From a virus (Duplodnaviria > Caudoviricetes), in IMG/VR virus record IMGVR_UViG_3300037067_013742, positions 128,001 to 192,000 of that record: DNA of 64,000 nt. One strand, 5' to 3'. Positions 20,078 to 29,991 of the stretch are shown in pieces. The first letter of the stretch is position 1. Each line of letters begins with the position of its first letter. The notes under the pieces were generated by a model. That model saw nothing but the letters and a program-made list of their open reading frames with translations. It did not search any database and was not told the origin of the DNA. Position numbers and translations under genes: made by a program.

Positions 20078-21099
20078 CAATAGCCGCAATTTTACCAACA
20101 ACTGGTGATCCCTATATTACAGGACTTTGGCTTAATTCCTTTAAGAAGACGTGGGGCAAAGAGGTAGATTCACTTTATGTCTGTATGAACTCGGGAGTAG
20201 ATCAGCCAGTTGCTGATTATGTAGCTCAAGAGTTTGAGAAGCTAGGGGCGCATGTTATTAAGTATAGAGGCTTTACAGATCACGGACAGGCAATAAGGTA
20301 CTGCCTAGAAGCTTGTACTGATGATATGGTCTTTCTTTCCGAAGATGACTTTTATGTTTTGCGTACTGGCGAAATAGCTCGGCTTATCAGAAGAGTCTCT
20401 TCTAATCTCGTTGACTGTATTGTATCTCCTCGCTCTTCTTGCTCTAGTGGAATACACGGTGCTATCGTTTCTCGATTTAACCTTATTGGCTTAGAAGCCA
20501 ACGAGCCTAATTTCTGGCCTTGTCTAGCAATTATCAAAAGATCTTTGTTGATGGAAACCGACCTATGGTTTAATTCAAAGAACTTTGTACGAGGCGTTTT
20601 AATTCCAGAGCTTCAGTGGACACCTGGTGGATCTGAAGAGTGTGGAGATACTTTTGTTTGGACCTCTATTCAGCTTAGGTGTAAACGGCTTCGTTTTCAA
20701 CTAGAGCCACAGTACCGACTTACGACAGAGGATATAAAACAGCAGAAGTCTGACTTTCCCTGGGTCCATTTTGGATCCACCTCAACAACCTTTAACGGAT
20801 CTCTCCTAGATGCCGATGGTACGATGTTAGGAGTTAGAGGAACTTCAAAGGGGCCAAAGATGTCGTTGCCATATATTCCCGACGAACATCTAAGGGAAGA
20901 TTATGAGCGACGTGTAAGTCTTTGGAAGTTATGTTTACATCGCTTTCCAATTCCGCCAGATTCTCCGGCCTCATATTTTAATAAAGATTATTCCGAGGCG
21001 ATAGATAGGCTTATTACTGGTTGTTCCTTAAGTCCGCAGAAGATACAGAGCTTCATGAATATCTACACGAGGATTTTGGCTCCCGTATTAGTAAAGTAA
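20074..21099 (+). CDS. Putative GT2-like glycosyltransferase
   Basis: AAILPT start, HGQAI, VFLSEDDF. Confidence 0.55.
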   Translation: MTIAAILPTTGDPYITGLWLNSFKKTWGKEVDSLYVCMNSGVDQPVADYVAQEFEKLGAHVIKYRGFTDHGQAIRYCLEACTDDMVFLSEDDFYVLRTGEIARLIRRVSSNLVDCIVSPRSSCSSGIHGAIVSRFNLIGLEANEPNFWPCLAIIKRSLLMETDLWFNSKNFVRGVLIPELQWTPGGSEECGDTFVWTSIQLRCKRLRFQLEPQYRLTTEDIKQQKSDFPWVHFGSTSTTFNGSLLDADGTMLGVRGTSKGPKMSLPYIPDEHLREDYERRVSLWKLCLHRFPIPPDSPASYFNKDYSEAIDRLITGCSLSPQKIQSFMNIYTRILAPVLVK

Positions 21100-21113
21100 A
21101 GAGCTAAGGTAAT

Positions 21114-22163
21114 ATGAGGGTACTAGCCGATTTACATCATGCAGACCTTTATTATTCTCTACAACTTCTTTTTGAGAGGAGGCTAGGAGCGGAGCTTTAT
21201 CGTCCGATTGGGCTAGAGTGGTATACAGAAGGTTTCTGGAATGTTTTTCCTCATCCGGATACAGCGGGTCAGTATCTGGGGCTCAATCAGGCAATCGACA
21301 TCCCGAAGGATGTTCGTGGGGATCCTCTTCCTAAAGGGGCTAGAGTAAATGAAGAGTATCGTTTTGAGGATGGTATTTACTACGTAACAGACGTTACTAA
21401 AGGAAAGATACAAAGAGCCATAACTCTAGAAAAGTTTAGGAGTATGGAATTTGATATCGTTCTGTCCTCGATGCCTGTACATATAGAGCCCTTTAATCGT
21501 TTAATTGCACAGTCTCAGCCTAAAGCAAAGCACATATTTCAGGTTGGTAACGCCTGGGGTCATCAGCCAGGAGTAAAGAATATTTTGGCATCTACTGCGC
21601 CCTTTGTCGTTCCAAATGGGGTAAATGTTTGTTTCTATCATCAGGAGTTTGATCTAGACGTTTGGAGGTACGACCCTCCAACTAATCATAATGTTGTATA
21701 TAGCTGGGTTCACTGGATGCAAAGAAAGGATCTAATGAGTTCCTTTGCCTCCAAACTTCCCGGGTGGACCTTTCGGTCTTTTGGTGCTGGACTAGAAGAT
21801 CACGTTATGGAGACCCATAAGCAGGCGGAAAAGATGAGGGAGTCTGGTTGGACTTGGCATTACAAACCAGAAGGTGATGGTTACGGATATGCTCCTCATC
21901 GGGCCTGTGCGACCGGTCGTCCTCTTGTCGTCTGGGGAGATTTCTACAAAGGAAAATTGGCTGGTCGGCTAATGGAAGACCTCGTTACTTGTATTGATAT
22001 AAGCCGTCGTACAACCGATGAGAGCATTAAAATTCTTGGAAGGCTTTCTAATCCAGAAGAACATATCAGAATAGCAGAGGCAGCATACAAGAAGTTTAGG
22101 CAGGTAGTCGACTTCGATAAAGAATTTGTGGACATCAAAAGGTTTTTAGAAAATTTAAGGTAG
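21114..22163 (+). CDS. Putative GT-B glycosyltransferase
   Basis: DGYG...ACATGRPLV donor-binding-like segment; context. Confidence 0.55.
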   Translation: MRVLADLHHADLYYSLQLLFERRLGAELYRPIGLEWYTEGFWNVFPHPDTAGQYLGLNQAIDIPKDVRGDPLPKGARVNEEYRFEDGIYYVTDVTKGKIQRAITLEKFRSMEFDIVLSSMPVHIEPFNRLIAQSQPKAKHIFQVGNAWGHQPGVKNILASTAPFVVPNGVNVCFYHQEFDLDVWRYDPPTNHNVVYSWVHWMQRKDLMSSFASKLPGWTFRSFGAGLEDHVMETHKQAEKMRESGWTWHYKPEGDGYGYAPHRACATGRPLVVWGDFYKGKLAGRLMEDLVTCIDISRRTTDESIKILGRLSNPEEHIRIAEAAYKKFRQVVDFDKEFVDIKRFLENLR

Positions 22164-22165
22164 CT

Positions 22166-22939
22166 ATGTCCGATCGGTTCAAGCAAGTACTAGAGGCTTA
22201 TAATAAGAAGCAAGTCTTCTGTGACTATGCTCCTCTTCACGTTTATATAGAACCAACCAATAAGTGTAACTTAAACTGTTTTCATTGTACTAATGGCCAG
22301 CCTAATGGTCGCCTAAAGGGATTTATGGACCTTGATCTCTACGAGAATATTGTTCGGCAATGTAGGGATCTTAACATTGAGTGGGTATACCTTTTCTTTA
22401 TCGGGGAGTCGCTTTTACATCCTAAGATAAACGAAATGATCTCTTTTGCGCGCGGGCATGGGATAAAAGTTAGGCTTCATACAAATGGGACAATACCAAA
22501 GGTAACGGGTGTTCTTGTCGACGACCTTCATATTTCTATAAATAGTACTGACTTCAGTTATATTCAGAGGAATGTTGATCGTTTAATAGAGTTAGACAAA
22601 CCCTTTGTCTTAGAGTCGATTGATGGTATTTCGCCACCCGTAGAGAGCAGGTATGCTGGATATATTAGTCATAAGGAATATCTGAACTTTTACTTGCCGG
22701 AAAACAACAGGAATGGCTCTACTTCTTTTAGTATGGTTTGTAGTCACCCATATAAATCTCTTGCTATTGGATGGGATGGAGCCTGTGCGCCCTGTTGTGT
22801 CGATGCAGATATAAAGTTTTCTATTGGGAGGCTTCCAGAAGAATCACTTCTTGATATCTGGAATAGTCCACACATGCAAGAAATTAGAAGTCATCCCGTT
22901 GGTATCTGTAATGGCTGTAATATCAAGCGGCTGCCTTAG
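22166..22939 (+). CDS. Radical SAM protein with SPASM/Twitch domain
   Basis: CNLNCFHC, GESLLHP, TNG, C-terminal C..P...GWDG..PCC...C..C. Confidence 0.85.
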   Translation: MSDRFKQVLEAYNKKQVFCDYAPLHVYIEPTNKCNLNCFHCTNGQPNGRLKGFMDLDLYENIVRQCRDLNIEWVYLFFIGESLLHPKINEMISFARGHGIKVRLHTNGTIPKVTGVLVDDLHISINSTDFSYIQRNVDRLIELDKPFVLESIDGISPPVESRYAGYISHKEYLNFYLPENNRNGSTSFSMVCSHPYKSLAIGWDGACAPCCVDADIKFSIGRLPEESLLDIWNSPHMQEIRSHPVGICNGCNIKRLP

Positions 22940-22968
22940 TCTGCTATCGTTCTCTCAAGGAGCTTATT

Positions 22969-23700
22969 ATGTCTATCGAGGAACAACATCTCGAGAAGAT
23001 TGCTAAAAGGTTTAGTTCTAAAGATGGGTACAATGCCCATATGTCCGATTTTGCCTATAGGACAATCAGACCATTTTTCCAAGGTAGGACTTGCCTGGAA
23101 CTTGGGTCTAGTGATGGACAGATGACCCCAAAGCTACTACTAGACTTTGAAACAGTTGTTGCTGTTGATGGGAGTAATACCCAGATTAAAAGACTAAGAG
23201 AATTTCATCAAGAGGAGATATCTCTAGAGCGCTTAGTGACTTATGTATCTCTAATCGAAAACCTACCGGATGTTCTTCCCACTCAAAGTAGGTTTGATAC
23301 TATTGTTGCTACTTATCTTCTAGAGCACGTTGATAATCCAGTTCAAACTCTTTCTACTGCAAGAAAGTTTCTGGAGAGGAATGGGGTTCTTATTGTTGTA
23401 GTCCCTAATGCTAATTCTATTCATCGGATAGTTGGTCAATATATGGGTGTTCTGGAAAGCAGGACAGACCTGTCAGAACAAGATCATCACGATGGTCATC
23501 GTCGAACATATACAACCGAATCTTTGATGGCTGATTTTCACCGAGCTGGACTAGTCGTTATTCGTACTGGTGGTATTTTGCTTAAGCCGCTACCAGCTTC
23601 TCAGATGGAAGTGCTTCCTCGTAATGTTGAAGAGGGCTTCTTTAAAGCCGGTCAAGAATTTCCTAGCTTCTGTTCTTCTATTTTTGTGGTAGGCCAATGA
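22969..23700 (+). CDS. Class I SAM-dependent methyltransferase
   Basis: LELGSSDG, LLEHV, GVLIVVVPN. Confidence 0.85.
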   Translation: MSIEEQHLEKIAKRFSSKDGYNAHMSDFAYRTIRPFFQGRTCLELGSSDGQMTPKLLLDFETVVAVDGSNTQIKRLREFHQEEISLERLVTYVSLIENLPDVLPTQSRFDTIVATYLLEHVDNPVQTLSTARKFLERNGVLIVVVPNANSIHRIVGQYMGVLESRTDLSEQDHHDGHRRTYTTESLMADFHRAGLVVIRTGGILLKPLPASQMEVLPRNVEEGFFKAGQEFPSFCSSIFVVGQ

Positions 23701-25025
23701 AGAGAATTCTTATCGTTCCTGCTGGGACAGATAATGGATACGAGGTTTGGGAGTCTTTGAAGGGACGATATGAAGTCTTCTGTGCTGATGCTCTAGAAGA
23801 TAATCCAACTTCCATCGTCTCCGGACGACACGTTCAGATGCCAATGGGGTTTGGTTCAGACTTCTGGCAAGAGTTATCTTCTGCCTGTAGTCGTCTTGAT
23901 ATAGACCTAGTAATTCCTACTCACGATGGCTTACTAGTTCCGTTAGCTGAGATGGGAAAGGTTGGAGGAGCCAAGGTTTTAACCTCTCCTCCAGAAGCTT
24001 GTCGCGTAACCTTTAGGAAAGACACAACATATTCTTTTCTTCAGGCGAATGGGTTATGGGATATATGTCCATTTCTTGCGGATAGGTTTCCCGCCTTTCT
24101 TCGGCCGAATAATGGTCGGGGCTCTAGGAGTGCCTTTAAAGTAGATGATAAGAAAACCTTAGATCTTTTAGAACAGTTAGTACCAGATAGTATTGTTACA
24201 GAATATCTACCCGGTAAGGAATATACGGTAGATTGTCTCTCTGACCTTAACGGAGAGCTTCTTGGTCACTGCATAAGGGAGAGAGTCTATATTTCTAATG
24301 GCGTTACAAAGATTGGCGTGACGGTAGATAACCAGTCTATTTCTAGTATGGCTGAGAAGATATCGAGTTGCCTCAAGACTTCTGGTCCCTGGTTCTTCCA
24401 GGCTAAGGAAGATAGTGGTGGAATTCCTAAGCTAACAGAGATCAATCTTCGCGTTGGAGGTACCTCTGGGCTATCTAGGATCGCTGGATTTAATCATATG
24501 CTTCTTGCTACTAGGATGTATCTTGGAGAGCCTATAAGCGCAATAGAGCCACCACAAATAGGTGTCGTGGTAAGTCGTGGTCCTATACTTCATACTCACT
24601 TTGATGCTAGGTATATAAGGTTGGTTCTATGGGATCTTGACGACACTATATGGACTGGTGAGCTATCTAAGAATTATCGTACTCCACAAATTATCTCGGA
24701 GGTTGCAGCAACTATAGCTATCCTTGCAACTAAGGGAGTTTTTATGGGGATAGTTACTAGTAACAAGTTGCTTAGAGAAAGTGGTACTTACTCTGTCACA
24801 TCTTTTCTTAGACAGTCCGGAATCCACTTTCCATTTAGCCCAATTCTCTTTTCTCCTGATGGTAAGGCTTCTGCCATTAGTTCCTTTCTGGAAAACTCTA
24901 GCTTTGTTCCTGGTGAGGTGGTGCTAGTAGATGATTCTTTTAAAGAAAGGGAGTGTGTTACTAAGGACTTGAGAATTAGAGTTTTAGACCCAACTCTCCA
25001 TTACCTGCTAAGAGATATAAAATGA
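23697..25025 (+). CDS. ATP-grasp ligase fused to a C-terminal HAD-like domain
   Basis: GRGSR, EYLPGKEYTVD, EINLR (ATP-grasp); WDLDDTIW and LVDD (HAD/FkbH-like). Confidence 0.75.
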   Translation: MKRILIVPAGTDNGYEVWESLKGRYEVFCADALEDNPTSIVSGRHVQMPMGFGSDFWQELSSACSRLDIDLVIPTHDGLLVPLAEMGKVGGAKVLTSPPEACRVTFRKDTTYSFLQANGLWDICPFLADRFPAFLRPNNGRGSRSAFKVDDKKTLDLLEQLVPDSIVTEYLPGKEYTVDCLSDLNGELLGHCIRERVYISNGVTKIGVTVDNQSISSMAEKISSCLKTSGPWFFQAKEDSGGIPKLTEINLRVGGTSGLSRIAGFNHMLLATRMYLGEPISAIEPPQIGVVVSRGPILHTHFDARYIRLVLWDLDDTIWTGELSKNYRTPQIISEVAATIAILATKGVFMGIVTSNKLLRESGTYSVTSFLRQSGIHFPFSPILFSPDGKASAISSFLENSSFVPGEVVLVDDSFKERECVTKDLRIRVLDPTLHYLLRDIK

Positions 25026-25684
25026 TATTAGATCTTTCTGAAATAGAATATGTTAACTTTAACGAGAGAGACGTTGAGGTTCCTGCTCTCCTATCATTTT
25101 TATCTAAGGTTGGAGAGATTTCATCTATCTTAGATGTTGGCGGAAACTATTCATGGTACACATATGCTTCAAAGGTTAGGCACTTTCTACCTAAAACGGA
25201 GTATACAGTCGTTGATCTTCTACCCGACACAGAGACCGAGAAGCTTGTTGATAGATTTGTGGTTGGAGAAGCAGAGCCACTTCTAGAAGTAAACAAGTTT
25301 GACGTAGTCTTTTCTATTTCTGTTCTTGAACACGTTGGTATAAAACCTTTACGAAGTGAGAATCCTGTACAAGATAGAATGAACTTAGTTACTTCTATTT
25401 GTCTTGCTTCAGAGAAAGGTGTCTTTCTTAGTTTCCCATTTGGAGAAGAGGGGGAATATCCTGGTCAGTATGCGAATGTTACATATGAAGAACTGCTAGA
25501 TATTGGTCAGTTCGCGAACAGAGCAGAGTTCCTCTTCTCTACCCAATTCTTTTTTAATCCATTTCCTCAGGGCCGGGAGCTTTGGTCTGAGATAAAAGTA
25601 GATGAGGCCTCAAGGATCAAACTTAATGAGAAACTTGGTGTTCAATGTGTGTGTCTCGCCACACTTGTAAGACCTGGAAAGTAG
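25022..25684 (+). CDS. Methyltransferase-like protein
   Basis: ILDVGG, SISVLEHVG. Confidence 0.65.
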   Translation: MILDLSEIEYVNFNERDVEVPALLSFLSKVGEISSILDVGGNYSWYTYASKVRHFLPKTEYTVVDLLPDTETEKLVDRFVVGEAEPLLEVNKFDVVFSISVLEHVGIKPLRSENPVQDRMNLVTSICLASEKGVFLSFPFGEEGEYPGQYANVTYEELLDIGQFANRAEFLFSTQFFFNPFPQGRELWSEIKVDEASRIKLNEKLGVQCVCLATLVRPGK

Positions 25685-25699
25685 GGTATAATTAACGGC

Positions 25700-26071
25700 A
25701 TGGCACGACTAAAAAAGAACTATCAGGCTAATGTTTCTAGAGATTACGCCCCCCTCTACTGTATCTGTATTGGTGGTAGGTGTGATCTAGTTCAGAATGG
25801 GCTCGGAGTCGATCTGAGCAAGTTATCGAAGGATAAAATTCCTCTCTTAGAGGGCACCGAACCTAACGTCGTATTTTTGACAGATATTCCAAAGCAAGTC
25901 CCAAACTTAATGTTTGTTAAGGTTGTCGTTTTCTATACTTCTAGGTCTCCTGAAGATCTTGTTAAGTTTTGTCGGGAGAATCTGAACGGTATTTTTGTAG
26001 ACTCTGCTAGGCTTTCCACTGAACCAGAACTCGTTGCTACTGAGATTCGAGAATACCTGGAACAGAAGTAA
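25700..26071 (+). CDS. Hypothetical protein
   Basis: ORF fills the gap; TATAAT 7 nt upstream of ATG. Confidence 0.55.
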   Translation: MARLKKNYQANVSRDYAPLYCICIGGRCDLVQNGLGVDLSKLSKDKIPLLEGTEPNVVFLTDIPKQVPNLMFVKVVVFYTSRSPEDLVKFCRENLNGIFVDSARLSTEPELVATEIREYLEQK

Positions 26072-26862
26072 TGCCTACCTCTGGTCTTCTTTTCATCCTC
26101 TATTATAGGGCGGGGTCTCATCTTCTTCTAAAATGTTTGGCTGGAAGACCTGGTAACGAACTTATTGATGGAATCAGTGGGGTATATGCTCCCTCCAACC
26201 TTTTAGTGACCGGGCCAAAGATTACAATTCAACATCTTATAGGAGATGTCCGAGATCTAGACCCCAAACCAAATCCCTCCCAATGTAGATATGTTTACGT
26301 GGCTGATTGGTGGGGTGGAGTATCAACTCATCATCAAGTTCCAGACCCTTATGATGGGGAGACGCTTTCGAGATGGGGATACGAGGAGCTAAGGCCACTC
26401 TTAGATAATTGGAAGGTTGTCTATCTTCTCAGAGATCCTAGAAGTCATATCGAGTCTCTTAGATGTACCACTGGTGAGAAAAAGAATCCCTACCAGGTTA
26501 GAGATTCGTTGGACTATTTCACTTACCAGTGTAAGGCTGCAAGAAATCGAATGCGGGTTGCTCTCGACTCAGTAGCTTCTTCAAGTAACGTCATTACGCT
26601 TAAGTCCGAAGAGCTGATCTCTTGCCCTTCTCGCTTCTTCTCTCAGTTAGTAGCTTTTTCTGGGATGTCTTTGGATGTAAAGGCTATCTTAGAAACCCAT
26701 AAAGCAGATACTCTTACCGCTGCCGGAGACTTTCATAGCACATTTAAGTCTGTTTCTGGATATGAGAATCGTTGGAGTAATTGGACATCTGAAGAGATTT
26801 CAATCTTTAACGATACTGCAGGAGCAGAGGCTAGAGAGCTCGGGTACTCCCGCCTCGCCTGA
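26071..26862 (+). CDS. Sulfotransferase-like protein
   Basis: YRAGSHLL (PSB-loop-like), YLLRDPRS, KSEEL, C-terminal LGY. Confidence 0.55.
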   Translation: MPTSGLLFILYYRAGSHLLLKCLAGRPGNELIDGISGVYAPSNLLVTGPKITIQHLIGDVRDLDPKPNPSQCRYVYVADWWGGVSTHHQVPDPYDGETLSRWGYEELRPLLDNWKVVYLLRDPRSHIESLRCTTGEKKNPYQVRDSLDYFTYQCKAARNRMRVALDSVASSSNVITLKSEELISCPSRFFSQLVAFSGMSLDVKAILETHKADTLTAAGDFHSTFKSVSGYENRWSNWTSEEISIFNDTAGAEARELGYSRLA

Positions 26863-26874
26863 TATAATCCCAGT

Positions 26875-27855
26875 ATGAATCAAATAGCTATTGTTAGCGG
26901 CTTAACGGGGATGGATGGCAGCTATCTTGCCGATCTTCTTATTGAAAAAGGATATAAGGTCTATGGGATCGTAAGACGGTCGTCTCGTGGGAACGACCTC
27001 GGCTGTTCTAAACACTTGGCAAATAATCCCAATCTTGAAGTTGTAGAAGGCGATATCACCGATCTCTCTTCCTTAGCTCGGATAGTTGCTCTAGTGCATC
27101 CAGCTCTCTATTTTAATTGCGCGGCGCAATCTCACGTCCAAATCTCTTTTAACGAGCCCGTACATACGGCAATGGCTACTGGGATTGGGTGTCTTAATGG
27201 ACTAGAAGCTATTAGGCTTTCTGGCGTCCATACAAGATTCTTACAATGCTCATCATCTGAACTTTATGGTGGCGTCTCTCCGGAGCCAGCAAACGAGGAG
27301 ACTCCATTTCATCCGAGAAGTCCTTATGCTTGCGCAAAACTCTTTGCCCATTCTTCTGTAGTTCTATACCGAGAGGCCTATAACTTTTTCGCCTGTACTA
27401 CCATATGCTTTAATCATGAGGGTCCTCGACGTGGGCCTGCGTTCGTAACACGAAAGATTACTTTAGCCGTAGCCAGGATCAAACATGGCTTTCAGAAGGA
27501 GCTCTTCTTAGGAAATCTAGATGCTAAGCGTGACTGGGGCTCTTCGAAAGACTATACAGAGGGAATGTATTTAGCCCTTACTTATAAAGAGCCGACAGAC
27601 TTTGTTTTGGCGACTGGAGAGACTCATTCTGTTCGGGAGTTTTGTGAGGCTGCTTTCTCTCATGTTGGACTAGACTACAAAGATTACGTAAAGGTAGATC
27701 CAAAGTTCTATCGTCCGGCAGAAGTAAACGTTCTTCTCGGAGATGCTTCTAAAGCTAAGAAGCTACTTGGCTGGGAACCAAAGACTAAATTTGCTGAGCT
27801 TGCTAGAGAGATGGTAGATAATGATATGCAGTTGGTTGGCGAAAATAAGATCTAA
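26875..27855 (+). CDS. gmd: GDP-mannose 4,6-dehydratase
   Basis: GLTGMDGSYL, AAQSHV, PRSPYACAK, FVTRKIT, LGNLDAKRDWG, RPAEV. Confidence 0.93.
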   Translation: MNQIAIVSGLTGMDGSYLADLLIEKGYKVYGIVRRSSRGNDLGCSKHLANNPNLEVVEGDITDLSSLARIVALVHPALYFNCAAQSHVQISFNEPVHTAMATGIGCLNGLEAIRLSGVHTRFLQCSSSELYGGVSPEPANEETPFHPRSPYACAKLFAHSSVVLYREAYNFFACTTICFNHEGPRRGPAFVTRKITLAVARIKHGFQKELFLGNLDAKRDWGSSKDYTEGMYLALTYKEPTDFVLATGETHSVREFCEAAFSHVGLDYKDYVKVDPKFYRPAEVNVLLGDASKAKKLLGWEPKTKFAELAREMVDNDMQLVGENKI

Positions 27856-28076
27856 AGTAGCTGATCGTACATTTCTTGTAGCTGAGTAATCTGAGATTCT
27901 AACGTATCCATCCTAGTAATTAAGGCTGCTCTATTCTGCTGGTTGACTATGGTTAGCCTATTCATCTGTTCTTTGTTAATGGCATTCCTTAAAAGCTGAA
28001 GAATAGAGGTCATTGCCCTCTCTATCTTTAAGAGTCTAAGCTCAGTATTTGCAGTGAAGGTAGGATCGATTGCCAC
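27852..28076 (-). CDS. Small coiled-coil protein
   Basis: GTG start overlapping upstream TAG; its stop overlaps the gmd stop. Confidence 0.55.
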   Translation of the reverse strand: MAIDPTFTANTELRLLKIERAMTSILQLLRNAINKEQMNRLTIVNQQNRAALITRMDTLESQITQLQEMYDQLL

Positions 28077-28459
28077 TACTTGTCCTCTTCTTCGTCATCG
28101 TTTACTTCGTGGCCACTAATAGCTTCCGCTACCTTGTCTGCCGTCCTTCTTGCCGACGCCATCTCGGCAAGTTCTGCTCTCTGTATACTTCGGTCTACAA
28201 CCTTACTTCTATTAACGATATAGAGAGCTGAGAAGATCGACATCACCGCTACTGCTGCACCAATATTGAATTCTGGCACTAGCCACCACCCTAGTAGTGT
28301 GACCCCCACAAAGAGTCCTTGGAATATCCACATAGCCAGGAGTGTTAGACTAAATAAAGATAAGAAAATTGAAGTTTTAGAGAGCTTCCCATCCTTATAG
28401 AAGAAGGCGTTCCATAGGTTCTTAAACTTTTCCTTAAGCCATCTTATAAAGTTTTTCAT
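28076..28459 (-). CDS. Holin-like membrane protein
   Basis: Two hydrophobic segments, basic N-terminus, acidic C-terminal tail. Confidence 0.45.
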   Translation of the reverse strand: MKNFIRWLKEKFKNLWNAFFYKDGKLSKTSIFLSLFSLTLLAMWIFQGLFVGVTLLGWWLVPEFNIGAAVAVMSIFSALYIVNRSKVVDRSIQRAELAEMASARRTADKVAEAISGHEVNDDEEEDK

Positions 28460-28899
28460 CTAGACTTCTCCGTTATAGAATACCTATCGTCTGAAGCATT
28501 GGCTATAGAGCTTGAGTTACTACAAGAGTTGACAGTACCTACTGCTGCTGTGATGAAGGCAATTATGGTTGCCGAGAAGATAGCTTTCATCATCCAGTCT
28601 TGAGTTTTTACTTTAGCTATAGTCTCTTTGACTGCGATGTTTGGGCAATAGGTTGCCGATTCTTCATATCTTTCTCTCATAGAATCTACAACTGCTTTTG
28701 CGGCTGCTACGGTCTCGGCACTTTTGAGGCGACTGTCATTAAACTCATGATATCTATCGTCTTCAGTAGATATCATCCCGTCTACTTTTTTAGATAGTTG
28801 CTCTACTAAGGTATGCGTCCTTATTTGAGACTCAGATAGAAAGATCATCTTTTGGTGGAGTTCTAGGATCAAATCTTCTTGAGACATCATTAAACCCAA
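28456..28899 (-). CDS. Coiled-coil protein with C-terminal TM segment
   Basis: AIFSATIIAFITAAVGTV hydrophobic stretch. Confidence 0.5.
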   Translation of the reverse strand: MGLMMSQEDLILELHQKMIFLSESQIRTHTLVEQLSKKVDGMISTEDDRYHEFNDSRLKSAETVAAAKAVVDSMRERYEESATYCPNIAVKETIAKVKTQDWMMKAIFSATIIAFITAAVGTVNSCSNSSSIANASDDRYSITEKSR

Positions 28900-28955
28900 T
28901 ACTCCCCCAAGGGAAAGTATAGCCTAAGTTTATTCAGGGGGATAGGGTTTATCTA

Positions 28956-29477
28956 CTAGAAGTTTGTTCTCCAGCGAACCCAAATCTTTATGGGGACTAT
29001 TAGATTATTAAAATCTTCTGTTGTTTCGTAGACATACATTGAAAGGGAGGGTAGTACTCTTTCGCCGCCGGCAGTGGTTCCTCCTACGTTGTGCAGCTCA
29101 ATACGGAAGCCTTCCATATTTGGCCGGTGGTCAAACTCTTCAGATAGGAGAGTGGCCTTCTCCTCAAAAGTAGTTCTAAAAGCTTCTGGGCTTTGTATGA
29201 AGATAGGAACTTCCTTAAATGGAGCGTCTGGCTTGATGTCCCAGATATGAGCCGATGGTCTGTACTTAAGGAGATTCTTTATTGCAGTTCTAAAGATCTC
29301 TTGCGACATCCTCTCGTATTCATTTTCTTCGCGGGTTCTAAACCCAACCTCTGAGAGGAAGTGGTCAAGAACCTCTTCCTTAAATGGAGACTGGTTGGTA
29401 GCTATCTTTAGTAGCTCTTCCTGTGAACCAACTAGCCGGCCTCTAGCACTAGAGGCTATCTTTTGCATCTGACTCAT
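28956..29477 (-). CDS. Hypothetical protein
   Basis: ORF in the operon-like array. Confidence 0.55.
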   Translation of the reverse strand: MSQMQKIASSARGRLVGSQEELLKIATNQSPFKEEVLDHFLSEVGFRTREENEYERMSQEIFRTAIKNLLKYRPSAHIWDIKPDAPFKEVPIFIQSPEAFRTTFEEKATLLSEEFDHRPNMEGFRIELHNVGGTTAGGERVLPSLSMYVYETTEDFNNLIVPIKIWVRWRTNF

Positions 29478-29991
29478 TCCGTAACTCCTTTAAGTAGTAG
29501 TACCTATTTTGTCTTTTCAAACCTAGATCTGAACATATTATAGCAACTTTTCTTTTTGTTGCCTCTATACCTTCGAATTCAGTAAGGTTCTTTGGAATGG
29601 CAGATCTCTCACATGGTTCTATTGAGTGAATGGCTCTATAGGTTACTAACTTTGAACAGTGATAAGGGATTTTCCATGAGAGCCAATTGACTAGATCGGT
29701 TCCTTTTCCCGGCCGAAATTCAGCAAAGCTTTCTATTATAGAGAGGTTTAAAATTGAGGTAAGGTCTTCTGATTCTGTAAGTCTGATAATCTCGGAGGCG
29801 ACTATTTCCTTAAAGAATCTGGGGGCATAGGACCCGCCTTGTTTTCTTAATAAGTAAGAGGCTACTTGTCTCATGAACGGGCTCTGGGGTTTGGCGACTA
29901 GGGTTATCCAAGGGGAGAGGATAGATAGAATCTCTTCAAGGTTGTTTGTTCTGTAAAGTTGGCGCACAAACTTCCTTGGAAAGATTTTCAT
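29449..29991 (-). CDS. Compact sigma-70-like factor
   Basis: EDLTSILNLSIIESFAEFRPGKGTDLVNWLSWKI matches region 2.2-2.3 pattern (DL...N.G......FDP.KG..F..Y..W.I); C-terminal ICSDLGLKRQ resembles an HTH. Confidence 0.55.
   Translation of the reverse strand: MKIFPRKFVRQLYRTNNLEEILSILSPWITLVAKPQSPFMRQVASYLLRKQGGSYAPRFFKEIVASEIIRLTESEDLTSILNLSIIESFAEFRPGKGTDLVNWLSWKIPYHCSKLVTYRAIHSIEPCERSAIPKNLTEFEGIEATKRKVAIICSDLGLKRQNRYYYLKELRNESDAKDSL

Noticed and set aside
9955-27855. Bacterial O-antigen/capsule locus (host chromosome or misassembly)
   Set aside because: No wzx/wzy/ABC export genes; it contains phage-type HNH and intein elements and shares the sequence style of the flanking phage genes. Misassembly cannot be fully excluded without reads.
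27840-27870. Terminator at the convergence of the two arms
   Set aside because: The two stop codons overlap (27852-27855), and I see no hairpin with a U-tract.
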